DNA from: Nemertoderma westbladi
Taxonomy: Eukaryota; Animalia; Xenacoelomorpha
Assembly: GCA_032718475.1 (NCBI GenBank)
Contig: JAUCBJ010007080.1
Span: 1-45,713 of the forward strand
DNA length: 45,713 bases
Direction of reading: 5' to 3'
Below the pieces are notes generated by a model. That model was not told the DNA's origin and made no database searches. It saw only the letters and a list, made by a program, of their open reading frames with translations. The position numbers and the translations under genes were made by a program. Shown here piece by piece: positions 25,620 to 37,788 of the stretch (position 1 is the first letter of the stretch; every line of letters starts with the position of its first letter).

Positions 25620-27707
25620 AGCACAACAGCCAAGGGGCAGGACATGGCGAACAAGAGAATAGAGTCTCAACAGAAGGCACTGGGAATCGTGTGGGACAGA
25701 GAGACGGACGAACTGAAATACCAGTTGAGTCAGGAGGGCGCAGATATCCATACAAAGAGGGGCTATGTGTCGTACATAGCAAGGATATACGATCCCCTAG
25801 GCCTAGCATCCCCACTACTAGTCACGGGGAAACAGATACTCAAGAAAGTGTACAAGCTAAAGGACGAGTGGGACGGACGCAGAGGTCCCGGAAGAGATTA
25901 GAAAGCAGTGGTATAAGTGGACAGAGAGCCTGGAGCAGATGGGAACATACAGCATGCCACGAGTGTATTTCCCGGATGGGAACATGACGAATCTGGACCT
26001 ACACATGTTCTCCGATGCGTCGTTAGAGGCATACGGAGCGGCACTCTATTTAGTACAACGAGAGGGGGCTCACAAACCCAGACTCGCCTTCAGCAAAGCG
26101 AAGTCAATGCCGCCAGACTCAGCATCAGTTCCCAAACTAGAATTGACAGCTGCGAGACTAGGAGTTAGGGCTACAGCCTACCTAGTGGATACTATTCCCA
26201 ACATAGTGGAGACACACTACTGGACGTATTCCATGGTAGTGCTTGGTTGGCTACATAACGAAAGGACGAGATACCCTATATTCGTCGCAAATAGAGTGGA
26301 CGAAGGGAGGTTGGCAAAGACGTGAAGATTAGAATGGCAATAGATCTGGAAGGAGTGGCTAAAGCAGTCATCCGCTACGAGCAAAAGAAGAACTACGGCA
26401 ACGAGGTGGAGCACGTCGGTAAACAACAGCATCTCCGATGGGACAGCGAGTTGATCACGCTGTCACCACAACTTAATGACGACGGGATCCTAGTAATGAA
26501 CTCTAGGGTGGGATACAACAACAGTATCGTTGTTCCACCGAAGCCCATCATCATCCCCACAGGATCGCCGATAGTCCACCAGATTATTTGGGACTCCCAC
26601 AAGTCGATATTGCACGGGGGCACCAACCGAACCCTCACGGAGATAAGGAGGACCTTTTGGGTCAAACAGTTGAGGAAGAAGGTAAAGGCAGTAGTGGGGC
26701 AGTGCCAGACCTGCCGACGAGCGAAGAAGGAGCGAGCCATGCAGGAGATGGCACCACTACCAGCGAGTAGGGTAAGACAGCACGATCCGCCATTTACACA
26801 TTGCGGTGTGGACATGTTCGGGCCGATAAAGATCAAGGTGATGCGGCACACGGAGAAACGCTACGGTATTATCTTCGTATGTAATAACACGCGGGCGGTA
26901 GGGATAGAACTCGCCCAGGACGCAACCGCATCAGCATTCATTAATGCCTTAGAGAGGTTTAGAGACTGCAAAGGTGGGACGATCGCAGTAATATACTCCG
27001 ACAACGGGACCAACTTTGTGGGGGCGGAGAACGAGATGGCAGAGGCCTTGGATATTCTGGAAGGAGAGGAAGTCAGGGCAGCCATGAGGCGACGACAAGT
27101 AAAGTGGGAGAGGAGGACGCCGTATGCACCGCATACCCTAGGATGCGTCGAGAAACTAGTAGGTAGTTCGAAGCGTCTGATGACGAAGCTGATGAACACC
27201 CATATGGTCACGGAGGACGTGCTAAGGACAGTACTTGCGAAGTGTGAGGGTATCATTAATAGCAGACCGCTATATCCAGAGAATGATGACCCTGAGTCAC
27301 TAGATGTGCTGACGCCAAGCCATTTCCTAATGGAAAGACCAGCGACCATCGACATGTGGGGTGTAGACCAAGATGACATACACTCACGCCAGAGTTGGAA
27401 AGTCGCTAAGGCGATAAGCGCAGAATATTGGAGAAGATGGGTTGAGGAATACCTACCCACGCTTCACAGAAGAAGTAAGTGGAGGGAGACGAACAGGGAG
27501 CTGAAAGTGGGTGATCTCGTGATCGTCACGGATAATACTATCATCAACAACCAGTGGCGGTTGGCGAGAGTTGTAGGCACTTACAACGACGAGGACGGAA
27601 GAGTCCAATCGGTAGAAGTGCGGATAGGTGGCAAGATAGGTGCGAAAGACAAGAAAACCTACAGAAGGGGTGTAGGAAAGTGTTGTCTTCTAGAGGGAGC
27701 ACCTTAG
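25620..27707 (+). pseudogene. pol: Second BEL/Pao family pol fragment (RT end, RNase H, integrase)
   Basis: KALGIVWD...IYDPLG; LHMFSDAS...PKLEL...FVANRV; integrase HHCC, GVDMFGP, SDNGTNF, LTPSHFL, LKVGDLV. Split over three frames with an internal deletion near 26320. Confidence 0.92.
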
Positions 27708-27859
27708 TGTAGAGTATGAGAGGAGTTTAGTCATCCAAATTTTGGACTGAGGGGGGTGGGATTGAGGGCGAGACGCCCTTCCCACACAAAATAAAATTAA
27801 AAAAAAAAAAAATAATAATAATAACAAATATAAATAATAGGTACACAGTAAGTAGGCAG

Positions 27860-29700
27860 ATAGAAGTTAGTTAGTTGAGTTAGATAAAGGTTAGTAAGAG
27901 GGTACGTAGTACCGTCAGTTAGTTAAGTGGAGTTAGAGGTTAGTAAGAGGGTACGTAGTACCGCTAGTTAGTTAGAGAGAGTAAGAGTTAGAGGGTACGT
28001 AGTACCGTTAGTTAGAGAGAGTGAGAGTTAGAGGGTACGTAGTACCGTTAGTTAGAGAGTTAGTAAGAGTTAGAGGGTATGTAGTACCGTTAGTAGAGAG
28101 AGTTAGAGGAGTTAGTAAGAGGGTACGTAGTACCGTTAGTTAGTAGAGAGAGTTAGACAAGTTGGTAAGAGGGTACATAGTACCGTTAGTAGAGAGAGTT
28201 AGAGGAGTTAGTAAGAGGGTACGTAGTACCGTTAGTTAGTAGAGAGAGTTAGAGAAGTTGGTAAGAGGGTACATAGTACCGTTAGTAGAGAGAGTTAGAG
28301 GAGTTAGTAAGAGGGTACGTAGTACCGTTAGTTAGTTAGTGGAGTTAGAAGTTAGTAAGAGGGTACGTAGTACCGTTAGTTAGTGGAGTTAGAAGTTAGT
28401 AAGAGGGTACGTAGTACCGTTAGTTAGTAGAGAGAGTTAGAGAAGTTAGTGAGAGGGTACGTAGTACCGTTAGTAGGTAGAAGTTAGGTAGTAAGAGAGT
28501 AGTACCATTAGTCAGTTAGAGTTAGTAAGAGGGTACGTAGTACCGTTAGTAGGGAGTGTTAGAGGAGTTAGTAAGAGGGTACGTAGTACCGTTAGTTAGG
28601 AGTGTTAGAGGTATAGTTAGTAAGAGGGTACGTAGTACCGTTAGTTAGAAAGTTAGTAGAGCAGTAGAGGGTTGTGGGCACCATAAGCGCCACGTAGAAA
28701 GTAGTAGCAGTAGAGGGTCGTGGGCACCATAAGCGCCACGTAGAAAGTAGTAGCAGTAGAGGTTGTGGGCACCGTAAGCGCCACGTAGGAAGTAGTAAGC
28801 AGAGTGGTTGTGGGCACCGCAAGTGCCACGTAGTTAGAGTTAGTAGGGGATGTGTTGAACTTAGTGGGGCACGGACGTGATGACGTGTTTGATGTAAGAG
28901 CAGGGTATGTTAATTAGGGTGGGTGCCGGGCACAAGAGGTGCCGGGCACAAGAAGTTAGTAGTAGAGTTAGTTGAGTTAGTAGAGAGTTAGTTGAGTTAG
29001 TAGAGAGTTAGTTGAGTTAGTAGAGTTAGTAAGAGTTAGTAGTAGTTCACATAATTAACGTACCCACTCTGCCGGCACTCAGAGCGTCACGTGCAGTCGA
29101 GTAGACGAAAGGGAGTAAGATGTAGATAGAGTAGAGTAGTAGAGAGGGCACATAGGGTGCCAGGTAGTAGAGTTATAGTGTTAGAAGTAGTAGAGAGGGC
29201 ACATAGGGTGCCAGAGAGTAGAATAGTAGAGATGGGCACATAGGGTGCCAGGTAGTAGAGATAGAGAGTTAGAGGTAGTAGAATAGTAGAGACGGGCACA
29301 TAGGGTGCCAGGTAGTAGAGTTAGAGAGTTAGAGGTAGTAGAGTAGTAGAGAGGGCACGTAGGGTGCCAGATAGTAGAGTGGTTGTGGGCACCGCAAGCG
29401 CCACGTAGAAGGAAGTAGTAGAAAAGTGGTTGTGGGCACCGCAAGCGCCACGTAGTTAGAAGAGTGGGTAGAGTTAGAGAGTTCTAGTTAAAGGGCTAGA
29501 GAGTTGGTAGAATTAGAGGGTTTTAGTTAGAGTTAGTAGAAAAGGGGTTGTGGGCACCCTAAGCGCCACGTAGTTAGAAGAGTTGGTAAGAGTTAGAGAG
29601 AGTTAGTAGAAGTAGAGAGTTAGTAGGAGTTAGTTAGACTCAGTAGAGCTAGTTAGAGTCGGAGAGTTAGATAGTTAGCAAGTGAGTAGTAGGTAGATAG
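27860..29700 (+). repeat. Compound tandem array in the 3' non-coding region of the second BEL element
   Basis: About 16 copies of AGAGGGTACGTAGTACCGTTAG, about 7 of GTTGTGGGCACCNNAAGCGCCACGTAG and about 5 of GGGCACATAGGGTGCCAG, separated by C-poor GTTAG/AGAG linkers. Confidence 0.9.
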
Positions 29701-29732
29701 TATGATAGCAGAGGGGTAGCATTAGAGATTAG

Positions 29733-30170
29733 ATATATAATGTAGATAGGACAATAAGATAATGCTCTCCATAGCGAAAAATATCAACCGGCCCTATTGG
29801 GGCTCGAACCCGGTACCTAGGTTTCAAACTTCTGGTTATCATCAGCCGGGTGACTGTACTGAGCTACCAGACCGGATGAATATTTCGCTGTGGAGTGGGA
29901 GATCATATTTAGGCCAACTAATCACTCAAAGGAAAGTACAAGTTCGTTCGTTATTCCCGTGCTCTGCCAGAAATGGCAACCATGCCTCAAAGAATAACTA
30001 TTATACAGTGTTGTAGAAACCACTGTAACCCCGTAATGCCTGGCCCAGGCTGTTAATTAATAATAATAAATGAATTGTTGTGGGGTGAGTGACGGTGAAT
30101 TGTCATATTGTCCTATCTACATTATATATTTAATTCACCGTCACTCACCCCACAACAATTCATTTATTAT
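29733..30170 (-). mobile_element. Short non-autonomous retroelement (Penelope-like/retrozyme-like)
   Basis: 13-bp TSD CATTAGAGATTAG at 29720-29732 and 30171-30183. Two interlocked inverted repeats. Internal hammerhead and Pol III boxes. Confidence 0.75.
29809..29850 (-). ncRNA. Minimal type I hammerhead ribozyme
   Basis: Minus strand reads CCCGG-CUGAUGA-U-AAC-CAGAA-GUU-U-GAAA-C-CUAG-G-UA-CCGGG: complete core, stem I CCCGG/CCGGG, stem II AAC/GUU, short stem III with palindromic CUAG loop, GUA cleavage triplet. Confidence 0.8.
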
Positions 30171-30510
30171 CATTAGAGATTAGGGCCTTAGGGAGTGGAG
30201 ATAGTGAGAAGAGCTGTTGGCGAGAGAGAAGAGTGCGATTCAGGTGTGGGGAGAGGGTAAGAACGAGTTGAGTTAGAGAGCGGAGCTAGAGTGGTGAGAG
30301 AGTCGGGGAAACAAAAATTGTGTGAGAGAAGCGCACGATCGACCCGACACGAGACGCCAGAGGGTAGTGACATCATACCCATAGGGAGCAGCCTGGAAAG
30401 CCGGCTCCGAGAAAAAATAGTTCCACCCCACACCCGATATTAGATCAGGATCCAGCGGAATTGAAGCGCACTTAGAGGTTGATGCTATCTTCTCACCGGG
30501 AAGATAGCAT

Positions 30511-30524
30511 GGGGGGGGGGGGAG
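30511..30524 (+). other. Polypurine tract of second BEL element
   Basis: G12-AG followed directly by TGTTAG. Confidence 0.7.
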
Positions 30525-31275
30525 TGTTAGCGAATCAATTCCGCTAACCTACCCCACAAAGTGAGCCGTTAAGCAATATTGGGAACACGAGGTTGATTAC
30601 CAATATCAACCTCGTGTCACCCCAACAAAGTGGGAAGGAGACACATACGCACAATAAGGGCTTTACTAGAAATCGCCATACTACGACATATTGCTGGCTC
30701 TCGAAAAAACGATTCATATCCCTGACTCAAACGACTCGATTCTTATCTTGTTACAGCTCGGTATAGGTTGGTATTGAATTTTATCATTTCAACAGAGTTT
30801 GTTCTAGGTGATTCTTATGTCATTCTAGATAATTCTAGATCATTCTTGCATTCTATCATCTTCTCATAGCTCATTCTAGGTGATTCTTAGGTCATTCTAG
30901 CTCATTCTAGGTCATTCTAGCTCATTCTACTTTTTAGCATGTACCCGGAGGAATGTATCTCTAGGTTCTGCATTGCGACAGCAGACAATCGCTACCATTG
31001 TCTCACCTGCATGGAGTGCCCCACCCCCACACTAGCCGAAGTAGCAAAATGAGACCTGGGTCGTACTCTCCTTTCAAGCTTTCACCTTATCTCCACTTTA
31101 CGCTGGCTGCCCTGTTTAATTAATATTTAATTATTTGTGTGTTTTAATACATTAATGATACATTATTGCAATTTCGTTTCTGTGCACGTTCTTTTACAAT
31201 TTATTTATTAACTAATAAAATAATCCTTTTACCCCGGTTTGGGGTGTATCTTGTTTATAAAAAAAAAATCATCAA
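30525..31275 (+). repeat. Probable 3' LTR of second BEL element; right end uncertain
   Basis: Begins TGTTA after the PPT, AATAAA near 31215, candidate CA end near 31273. No partner LTR in the window. Confidence 0.5.
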
Positions 31276-31286
31276 AGCGATGTAGG

Positions 31287-31500
31287 TTATGGCTTATGGT
31301 ACAAAAATATTAGTTTCTCTCCACGATCCGGAAGTAGACGAGAGCGTTTCTCAGCAAATACATCATTACCAGCCTCTGAAAATATTCGCTCGGAATAAAT
31401 TGAAGACGCTGGTGATACTAAATAGATAGTATACCATAGATAAAATAGTATTTGTAAATTAGGAAATGATCCCTTATGTGCAGCCAACCAACGAATAACG
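31287..31500 (-). pseudogene. hAT transposase C-terminal dimerisation-domain relic
   Basis: W...FPNL...YLVSPASSIYSERIFSEAG...KRSRLLPDRGEKLIFL matches the hAT dimerisation consensus. Confidence 0.85.
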
Positions 31501-31774
31501 CTCTTCTCGTCCCGTTTAGTTGGGATAATTGACATATACTTATACTTACTAATCTACTTCTGAATTCTTATTAAAGCCTATACACAGAGTTAAAATAAGA
31601 TTAATTTATAAAAATATATGCAGTACCCAGGAACCGGTAAGATATACAGTACTTACTGTAGAAGACGTTCAGTAAAATACTATAAAAGTAGAATTTACTG
31701 CTGTAACCAACTCATTTCACTTACTACTGTACGTGGAGGCTACACTTTGTACTTTTTTTTAAATGGTGATTAAT

Positions 31775-31930
31775 GACAACAGTAATATATATTATTACAA
31801 CAAACAAATACAAACAATAAAAAACACAAAACAAACAATGGCTGTAATACCCACCACCAGGAAACAATCATACTTAAAAAAAACCTTTTAGGTAGGAGTG
31901 GGAAAAGTCCAACAATATATTATTCACAGT
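31775..31930. mobile_element. Short retroposed insertion in the left arm
   Basis: Direct repeat TTTAAATGGTGATTAAT at 31758-31774 and 31931-31947; sequence absent from the right arm. Confidence 0.7.
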
Positions 31931-33108
31931 TTTAAATGGTGATTAATTGATTAATTAATTTTAATAAGTTAAAAAGGTAAAGTTAATGGAATTAAATATT
32001 CGCGAAAATAAGTGGATGTTTTTTTGAAGTCTTTGTTTCCTCGTTCTTTCCTTGTTCTTGCATGATCAGATTAGCCAGCCATCCGTATTACAGTATTACA
32101 AAAAATCGGAGTAGACTACGCTATAGCGTTTGCCTACGCAGCTATGCTTATGAGAAGGTTTTCTTTCGTAACAACCGTTTTAATTTCTTCTTTAATTTAT
32201 GTTTTTTCTTCTTACGATGTGATTTATATTTGTCGTTTTCTGAGTTACAACCGGAAGCGCTACCCCGACTACCCACGAACTCTTCGGGGTATAGTTCCCG
32301 GTAACCTCCATGGTCCCATCTATCGATATCTGCAGACTCGAGTTGGTACAGTTGTCTCGTATAGTATCGGCTGTTACAAGTAGGTTGCGTAACTGTTCGC
32401 GTGCTACTGGTAGGCCTACTTGGATCAGTTTCCCGGATACTGGTACGCCTGTGGCCGTCGTTAACAGATCCACTTAAGTCGTTACGCCTACCCGATCGCT
32501 GAACTTGTTCGCGTTTGTGTTCGCGATTGTGTTCGCGTTTGTGTTCGCGATTGCGTAATTTCCAACACTCGTCCGTTTCCAAGCGCCGGTTGAATGATTC
32601 CGAGTTTCTGATGTAATTTAATAATTTAGTTTTCGCTTTGTTCTCAATTATATTACCGGTACTGCAACCGGTACCGGTACCCCTGTTCATAATCATTTCA
32701 ACATTTACCGGTATTTACCGGCATTTACCGGCATTGTCAGATTGTGCAGTTGTATTGTAAAAAAATATTATAAAAATGGATCCGCTGTCCCCTGTCCGTA
32801 ACATCTAGTCATCTAGCTAGATCTAACAATAAAATAGAAAATAGCATTAGCATAAGGCTTTAAGGTTGCAAGGAGAAATAAAAAAAATACAAATTCTTCC
32901 TACAGTACCGGTATGTAGGCATAGGCCTACTGATATAAAATTCCAAAATAATTATGTGATTTCGACTGAAGCGAAAAGCAGAAAAGTGACTTCATATCAT
33001 CACATCACATGGCCAACAGACCTAGGCCTACCAGCATTACTGGCTACTGTAGTACTGTAGTAAGTACTGTAGTACTGTAGTAAGTATACAGTAAGGACTG
33101 AAATACAC

Positions 33109-33396
33109 GGTAATATAGCATTAGGTCCAAATCGGTATACCTTAGGTCCTGTAGTGTTAGGTCCCGTAGCTTTAGGTCCTGGCGCGTTAGGTCCCGTAGC
33201 TTTAGGTCCTGGCATGTTAGGTCCTCTTTACTAACCTGTCTGGTTTTGGAGGCAGACTGGACCTACTGACCTAATGGCACGGCCCTAACGCAACCAGGAC
33301 CTAACGCCATACGGACCTAATGCTACCAGGACCTATAATGCCACGGACCTAAACGCTACCAGGACCTAAAGCGCCAGGACCTAACGCACCATAACC
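33109..33396. mobile_element. MITE, possibly Merlin-like
   Basis: GG...CC imperfect TIRs, inverted arrays of TTAGGTCC/GGACCTAA, flanks AAATACAC (33101-33108) and AAATACAT (33397-33404). Confidence 0.65.
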
Positions 33397-34409
33397 AAAT
33401 ACATTCAGTACTGTAGTACAGGCTGACAGGGTGAAAGTTTCTTATTACACTACACCAACTGACTACACCTTTGAAGAAAAAGGCCTATCTAAACAAATTT
33501 TGTATGTAACAAAATTCTAAAGAAAAATATCTAAACAAGCAAACTATTTTAGTATGTAGGAGAATCACTGGTATGGCATGGGGCCTACAGTAGTAGTATA
33601 TAATACACGTTCGTGGGGCTTTCGCGCAGCACGAGGCCCAGTTATGAGATACAAATTAAAATCGAGCGACTGTATCACAAAATCAGTATTTAACTTTATA
33701 AATTAGTAAAATTTAGAAATTTAACCACACCGCCAATCAATCAAAGAAAGAGGGACAGTACGTGTTCAGCCCTTTTAATCTGCACCCCCCCCCCCCCCCA
33801 CCCTTCCCACCCACCAATACATAACCGCGACATCTACCACCCACGGAAGGGTAGCACGAACTTATTTCCAATCGCACGTTCAATATGCGAAGCCAGGTGG
33901 TTTATAGGAATATAATCTACGCAGTACTAAATGCAGTCGATGCAGTAATGAATGATATTCAAATACAGTAATTTATTTAATATACTGTTAATGCCTCTGA
34001 AAACTTAGACAATTAAAATACACAAAATCAAAAAACCATCAAAAAATAATAAGCCTAATATTTTGAGAAATAAACAATTTTGGATATAAGCCTTCTGCAG
34101 TGGTAATGTTATTGACTGACAATCATTAAATGAGATCTGTCTATTACCTGAGACTAAAGAACACAGACTCTATAGTGTAAAAGGAGGTAGGGAATGCAGG
34201 TTTCAATCTCGTTAGGTCTATCTGGCCAATCTCTCTACCAGGGGTGTGGTGAGTTACATACAACCCCCCCTCCACTGGCATTCCCAGCAACTGGCTGCCT
34301 TACACACACATCCTTCCCATCCATGTGTACCAAGTTTGGATAGATTTCATCGAAGATTGGCCGAGTTATTAACGTTTAAAATTGAACACTGCAAAAAAGC
34401 AACAGAACG

Positions 34410-34637
34410 ACAGGTTGATTAATGGTACCACTACGCTAAGGCTCACTCACTTTGTGGCTCGCCCCACAGGTTGATTAATGGTACCACTACGCTAAGGCTC
34501 ACTCACTTTGTGGCTCGCCCCACAGGTTGATTAATGGTACCACTACGCTAAGGCTCACTCACTTCGTGGCTCGCCCCACAGGTTGATTAATGGTACCACT
34601 ACGCTAAGGCTCACTCACTTCGTGGCTCGCCCCACAG
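34410..34637 (+). repeat. 56-bp tandem repeat x4 at the end of a HINE-like element
   Basis: Unit starts at 34410, 34466, 34522 and 34578; ends CTTCGTGGCTCGCCCCACA, the reverse complement of 44003-44021. Confidence 0.92.
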
Positions 34638-35059
34638 TACCGTATTAGCCTAATGAGTTCATCCAATACCTACTGTAAGAATAAGTATTCTAAAATCCAT
34701 GTAAAATAATGAATGGAAGAATGCATGATGAGACCAAAATATTTAAGTATCACCTTAAATAAACTAATAAAATTACATGAGCACCAAGTTGAGCGTACTC
34801 CGAATTTTTATAATACGGATGGCTGGCCTATCTGATCATGCAAGAACAAGGAAAGAACGAGGAAACAAAGACTTCAAAAAAACATCCACTTATTTTCGCG
34901 AATATTTAATTCCATTAACTTTACATTTTTAACTTATTAAAATTAATTAATCAATTAATCACCATTTAAAAAAAGGACAAAGTGTAGCCTCCATGTACAG
35001 TACTGTAGTAAGTGAAATGAGTTGGTTACAGCAGTAAATTCTACTTTTATAGTATTTAC

Positions 35060-35547
35060 GCGTTCCTCTAGCGATCGAGGTGGGTCGGTTCCAGGGCAGG
35101 TCATTAGAAGACCGCATTTGCACTGTGTGCCGATCTGGCGAGATCGAGGATGAGGTCCACTTTCTGAGTGACTGTAGTGCTTTAGACCGCTCTTCTATAC
35201 CACTAGATATACGTAAATTAAATAATCAACAAAAACTTAAATATTTCATGTGCGATAATCAAGTTGGTGCGGTTAAATATTTATCTTCATTGTTTGATGA
35301 ACGGAAAAATATATTGTATAATCATTTGTAATTGATTACTGATTTGTAAATTCGAATATTTTCTCTATCATATATTTCAGCTATATTCAGTTTTGTCTAT
35401 AATTATAGTTAGTCATCTCTCTTTTTAAATATATTTTTGTGTTATAGTGCTGTGCATTATTATAATCTGGTGTCTGGTAAGCCGCTAGCGGCTGGGGGCA
35501 TGAGCCCATGACATTAAAATTCAATTCATTCATTCATTCATTCATTC
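35060..35547 (+). mobile_element. 3' end of a non-LTR retrotransposon in the right arm
   Basis: PLAIEVGRF...RICTVC...IEDEVHFLSDC C-terminal zinc-finger motif, (ATTC)n tail, flanks AGTATTTAC/AGTATTTTAC; absent from the left arm. Confidence 0.8.
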
Positions 35548-37788
35548 AGTATTTTACTGAACGTCCTCTACAGTAAGTACTGTATATCTTATCGGTTCCT
35601 GGGTACTGCAGATATTTTTGTAAATTAATCTTATTTTAACTCTGAGTATAGGGCCTACTTGTTATTTGTATGAGCTACCTAAGTGCTGATATGGCGCCTT
35701 GGCAGTTTTCTCTCTCAATTATATGTTATATTTTTATCTCAATTATCAGGCAATTCATATATCAGTATATGAACTATTGAGATGAGAGATATATGTAATA
35801 ATAAAACGACAGGATTTTATAGGCAATACAGCAAGTCCAAAATTTCAGAAAATGTATTAGATAAAGACCCGAAAACATAACAGAAAAAATTGAGTAAGGT
35901 GACATAGGGAGTTGAAGATACAATAATTTGAATCGCAGTCAAGAAAAAATATTTGCGATTTATTAAAACTACTTTAAAAATGGGTGGTTTGTGTATTCCG
36001 CTTACCTACTGTACCAGTGTTTTATATTTATTGTACCTGTAATAATTAAAATCATGAAAAATAACAGTACCAGTAGTTATATAAAAAACATAAGGAAGGG
36101 GGAAGTAGGCTTTAAAACATCCTACTGTAATTTCAAGCAGTCACTGATTGGCCAGACAAATGGCCTACTAATAATATAGCGCTTGAATTAGGTGCTTTTA
36201 ATGAGAATAATTATGCCATTAAAGACTGCTAATTTCAAGTTTAGGAGTTGTTGAAGTTGGTGGGAGATTTAAAATAAAATAATTGACAGACATAAAACCT
36301 GTTATGTATGTAAGCATGCAACTAAGAAGTAACAATAATCAATTGGTTGTGGTGTTTTAATAATTATAACAAATAAACATTAAGAATAAAATAAGATTAA
36401 AATTAAAAATCAATTATATCAACCTTTGTTAAGACTGAAGTAGTAAAATGTGACCTTCTCGGTTCTCGCCTGGAATGTTGAATCCACATATGATGGATGC
36501 AGACAACCCTGTTATAATTCCAAACGAGTACGATTACATCGGTATTGCTGTATAACCCTACAACCATCTTTTAGCTTTATTACTCAACATATCAACTGTT
36601 ATCAATGGTTATCGGGTCCCTAAACCATCTCCTGTTTCTCTCACTCCATCGAAACCGGAGAAGAAAGTCGCACCAATCGCGACACACCATTCAACAGATT
36701 GGTCCATTTTACAAACAAAAACACCTTACCTTCGATAAAATAAAGAATACCACACGTTAAACCTATATGTTAGTTATAGGTTTACTTTACATACATTCTT
36801 CTCGCATCTAATCGATGTGATCTAATTGACATTATTATATTAAGCGATATTATCGCAAAATTTCCATACGCTGAGAAGAGATATTCCATTGACCCCGCTT
36901 TCACCAACCACACGCGAAATCGGCAAATACTAACCCGGTGCACCTCAAAATGCCAGTGAAGCAAAATACAGTAGTTTAAAATACTTTCAGGTATACTCCG
37001 GGGGTGGAGAATCTGGTGGGGGTGTAGAGGGTACAAATACAGTAGGAGGGCCATTAGTCAACAGGAGCGGCAGGCGGCAGCCAATGTAGTATGTAAATAA
37101 TCATTCCAGAACACATCTATTTATTTAACAAAGTTCATTAGTGGCACAGACAAAGAAACACATACATAGTAATTTGAATGTGAATTGATTATATTGGATA
37201 TCTGACTCGACGGCTGGGGTATCCCAGTAAGCGTATACAGTAAGGGCTTCCCTATTCCCTAATAATGGTAACACTATGCAATAATTTATACTGTAATATC
37301 ATTTTTTGCGAGGCTTGCGTTATGGGCGTACAACTCAGTAGTATTTAAAGTATTGTAACTGTGTTGTTATTAATATTCCTTATAATTGAATACTTGTATA
37401 TCTTTGCGCGCGGCTAATATCTTTTACAAATTTAATCATTTAATTAATTAATTAACCTATTTTTAATTTGAATTTTTGGCTATTTTAATTCTAAATAAGA
37501 TATCCGTATATAAAAAGTTTAAAATAAGTGTTAATGAAAATTGCTTTGAAATTCCGGGGCGGGGGGGGGGATTTTTTAGACATTGGTGCAGGCGAACATT
37601 GCCCACGCGACGCCACTGCAAACTGCAGTCTTGCTACCACCTGTTCTTCTAAAAGGACGGTGTTATGCAAAAGGGTGGTATCCCACATTTTGTCGAAATT
37701 CAGTTTTTGGTACCATTAGACAGTTAGATAGAGGAAAGTGTAATCGACCCAAATATGAGATCCTATTGCCCAATAATAAAAAGAAATG

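Larger units (their letters stand above)
31577..35652. repeat. Long inverted repeat (arms 31577-32090 and 34811-35652), possible TIR element
   Basis: About 340 bp of shared arm sequence in reverse complement, each arm interrupted by a different insertion; no convincing TSD. Confidence 0.8.

Noticed and set aside
27860-28650. CRISPR-like repeat-spacer appearance
   Set aside because: Spacers are low-complexity variants of each other, no cas genes, eukaryotic retrotransposon context.
32148-32696. 182-aa basic minus-strand ORF
   Set aside because: Low complexity, partly 12-bp repeat, no recognisable domain.
34410-34637. CRISPR-like array
   Set aside because: Head-to-tail repeats with no spacers.
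37583-37788. N-terminal 69 aa of the 885-aa ORF
   Set aside because: Lies upstream of the LINE TSD; flanking DNA open by chance.
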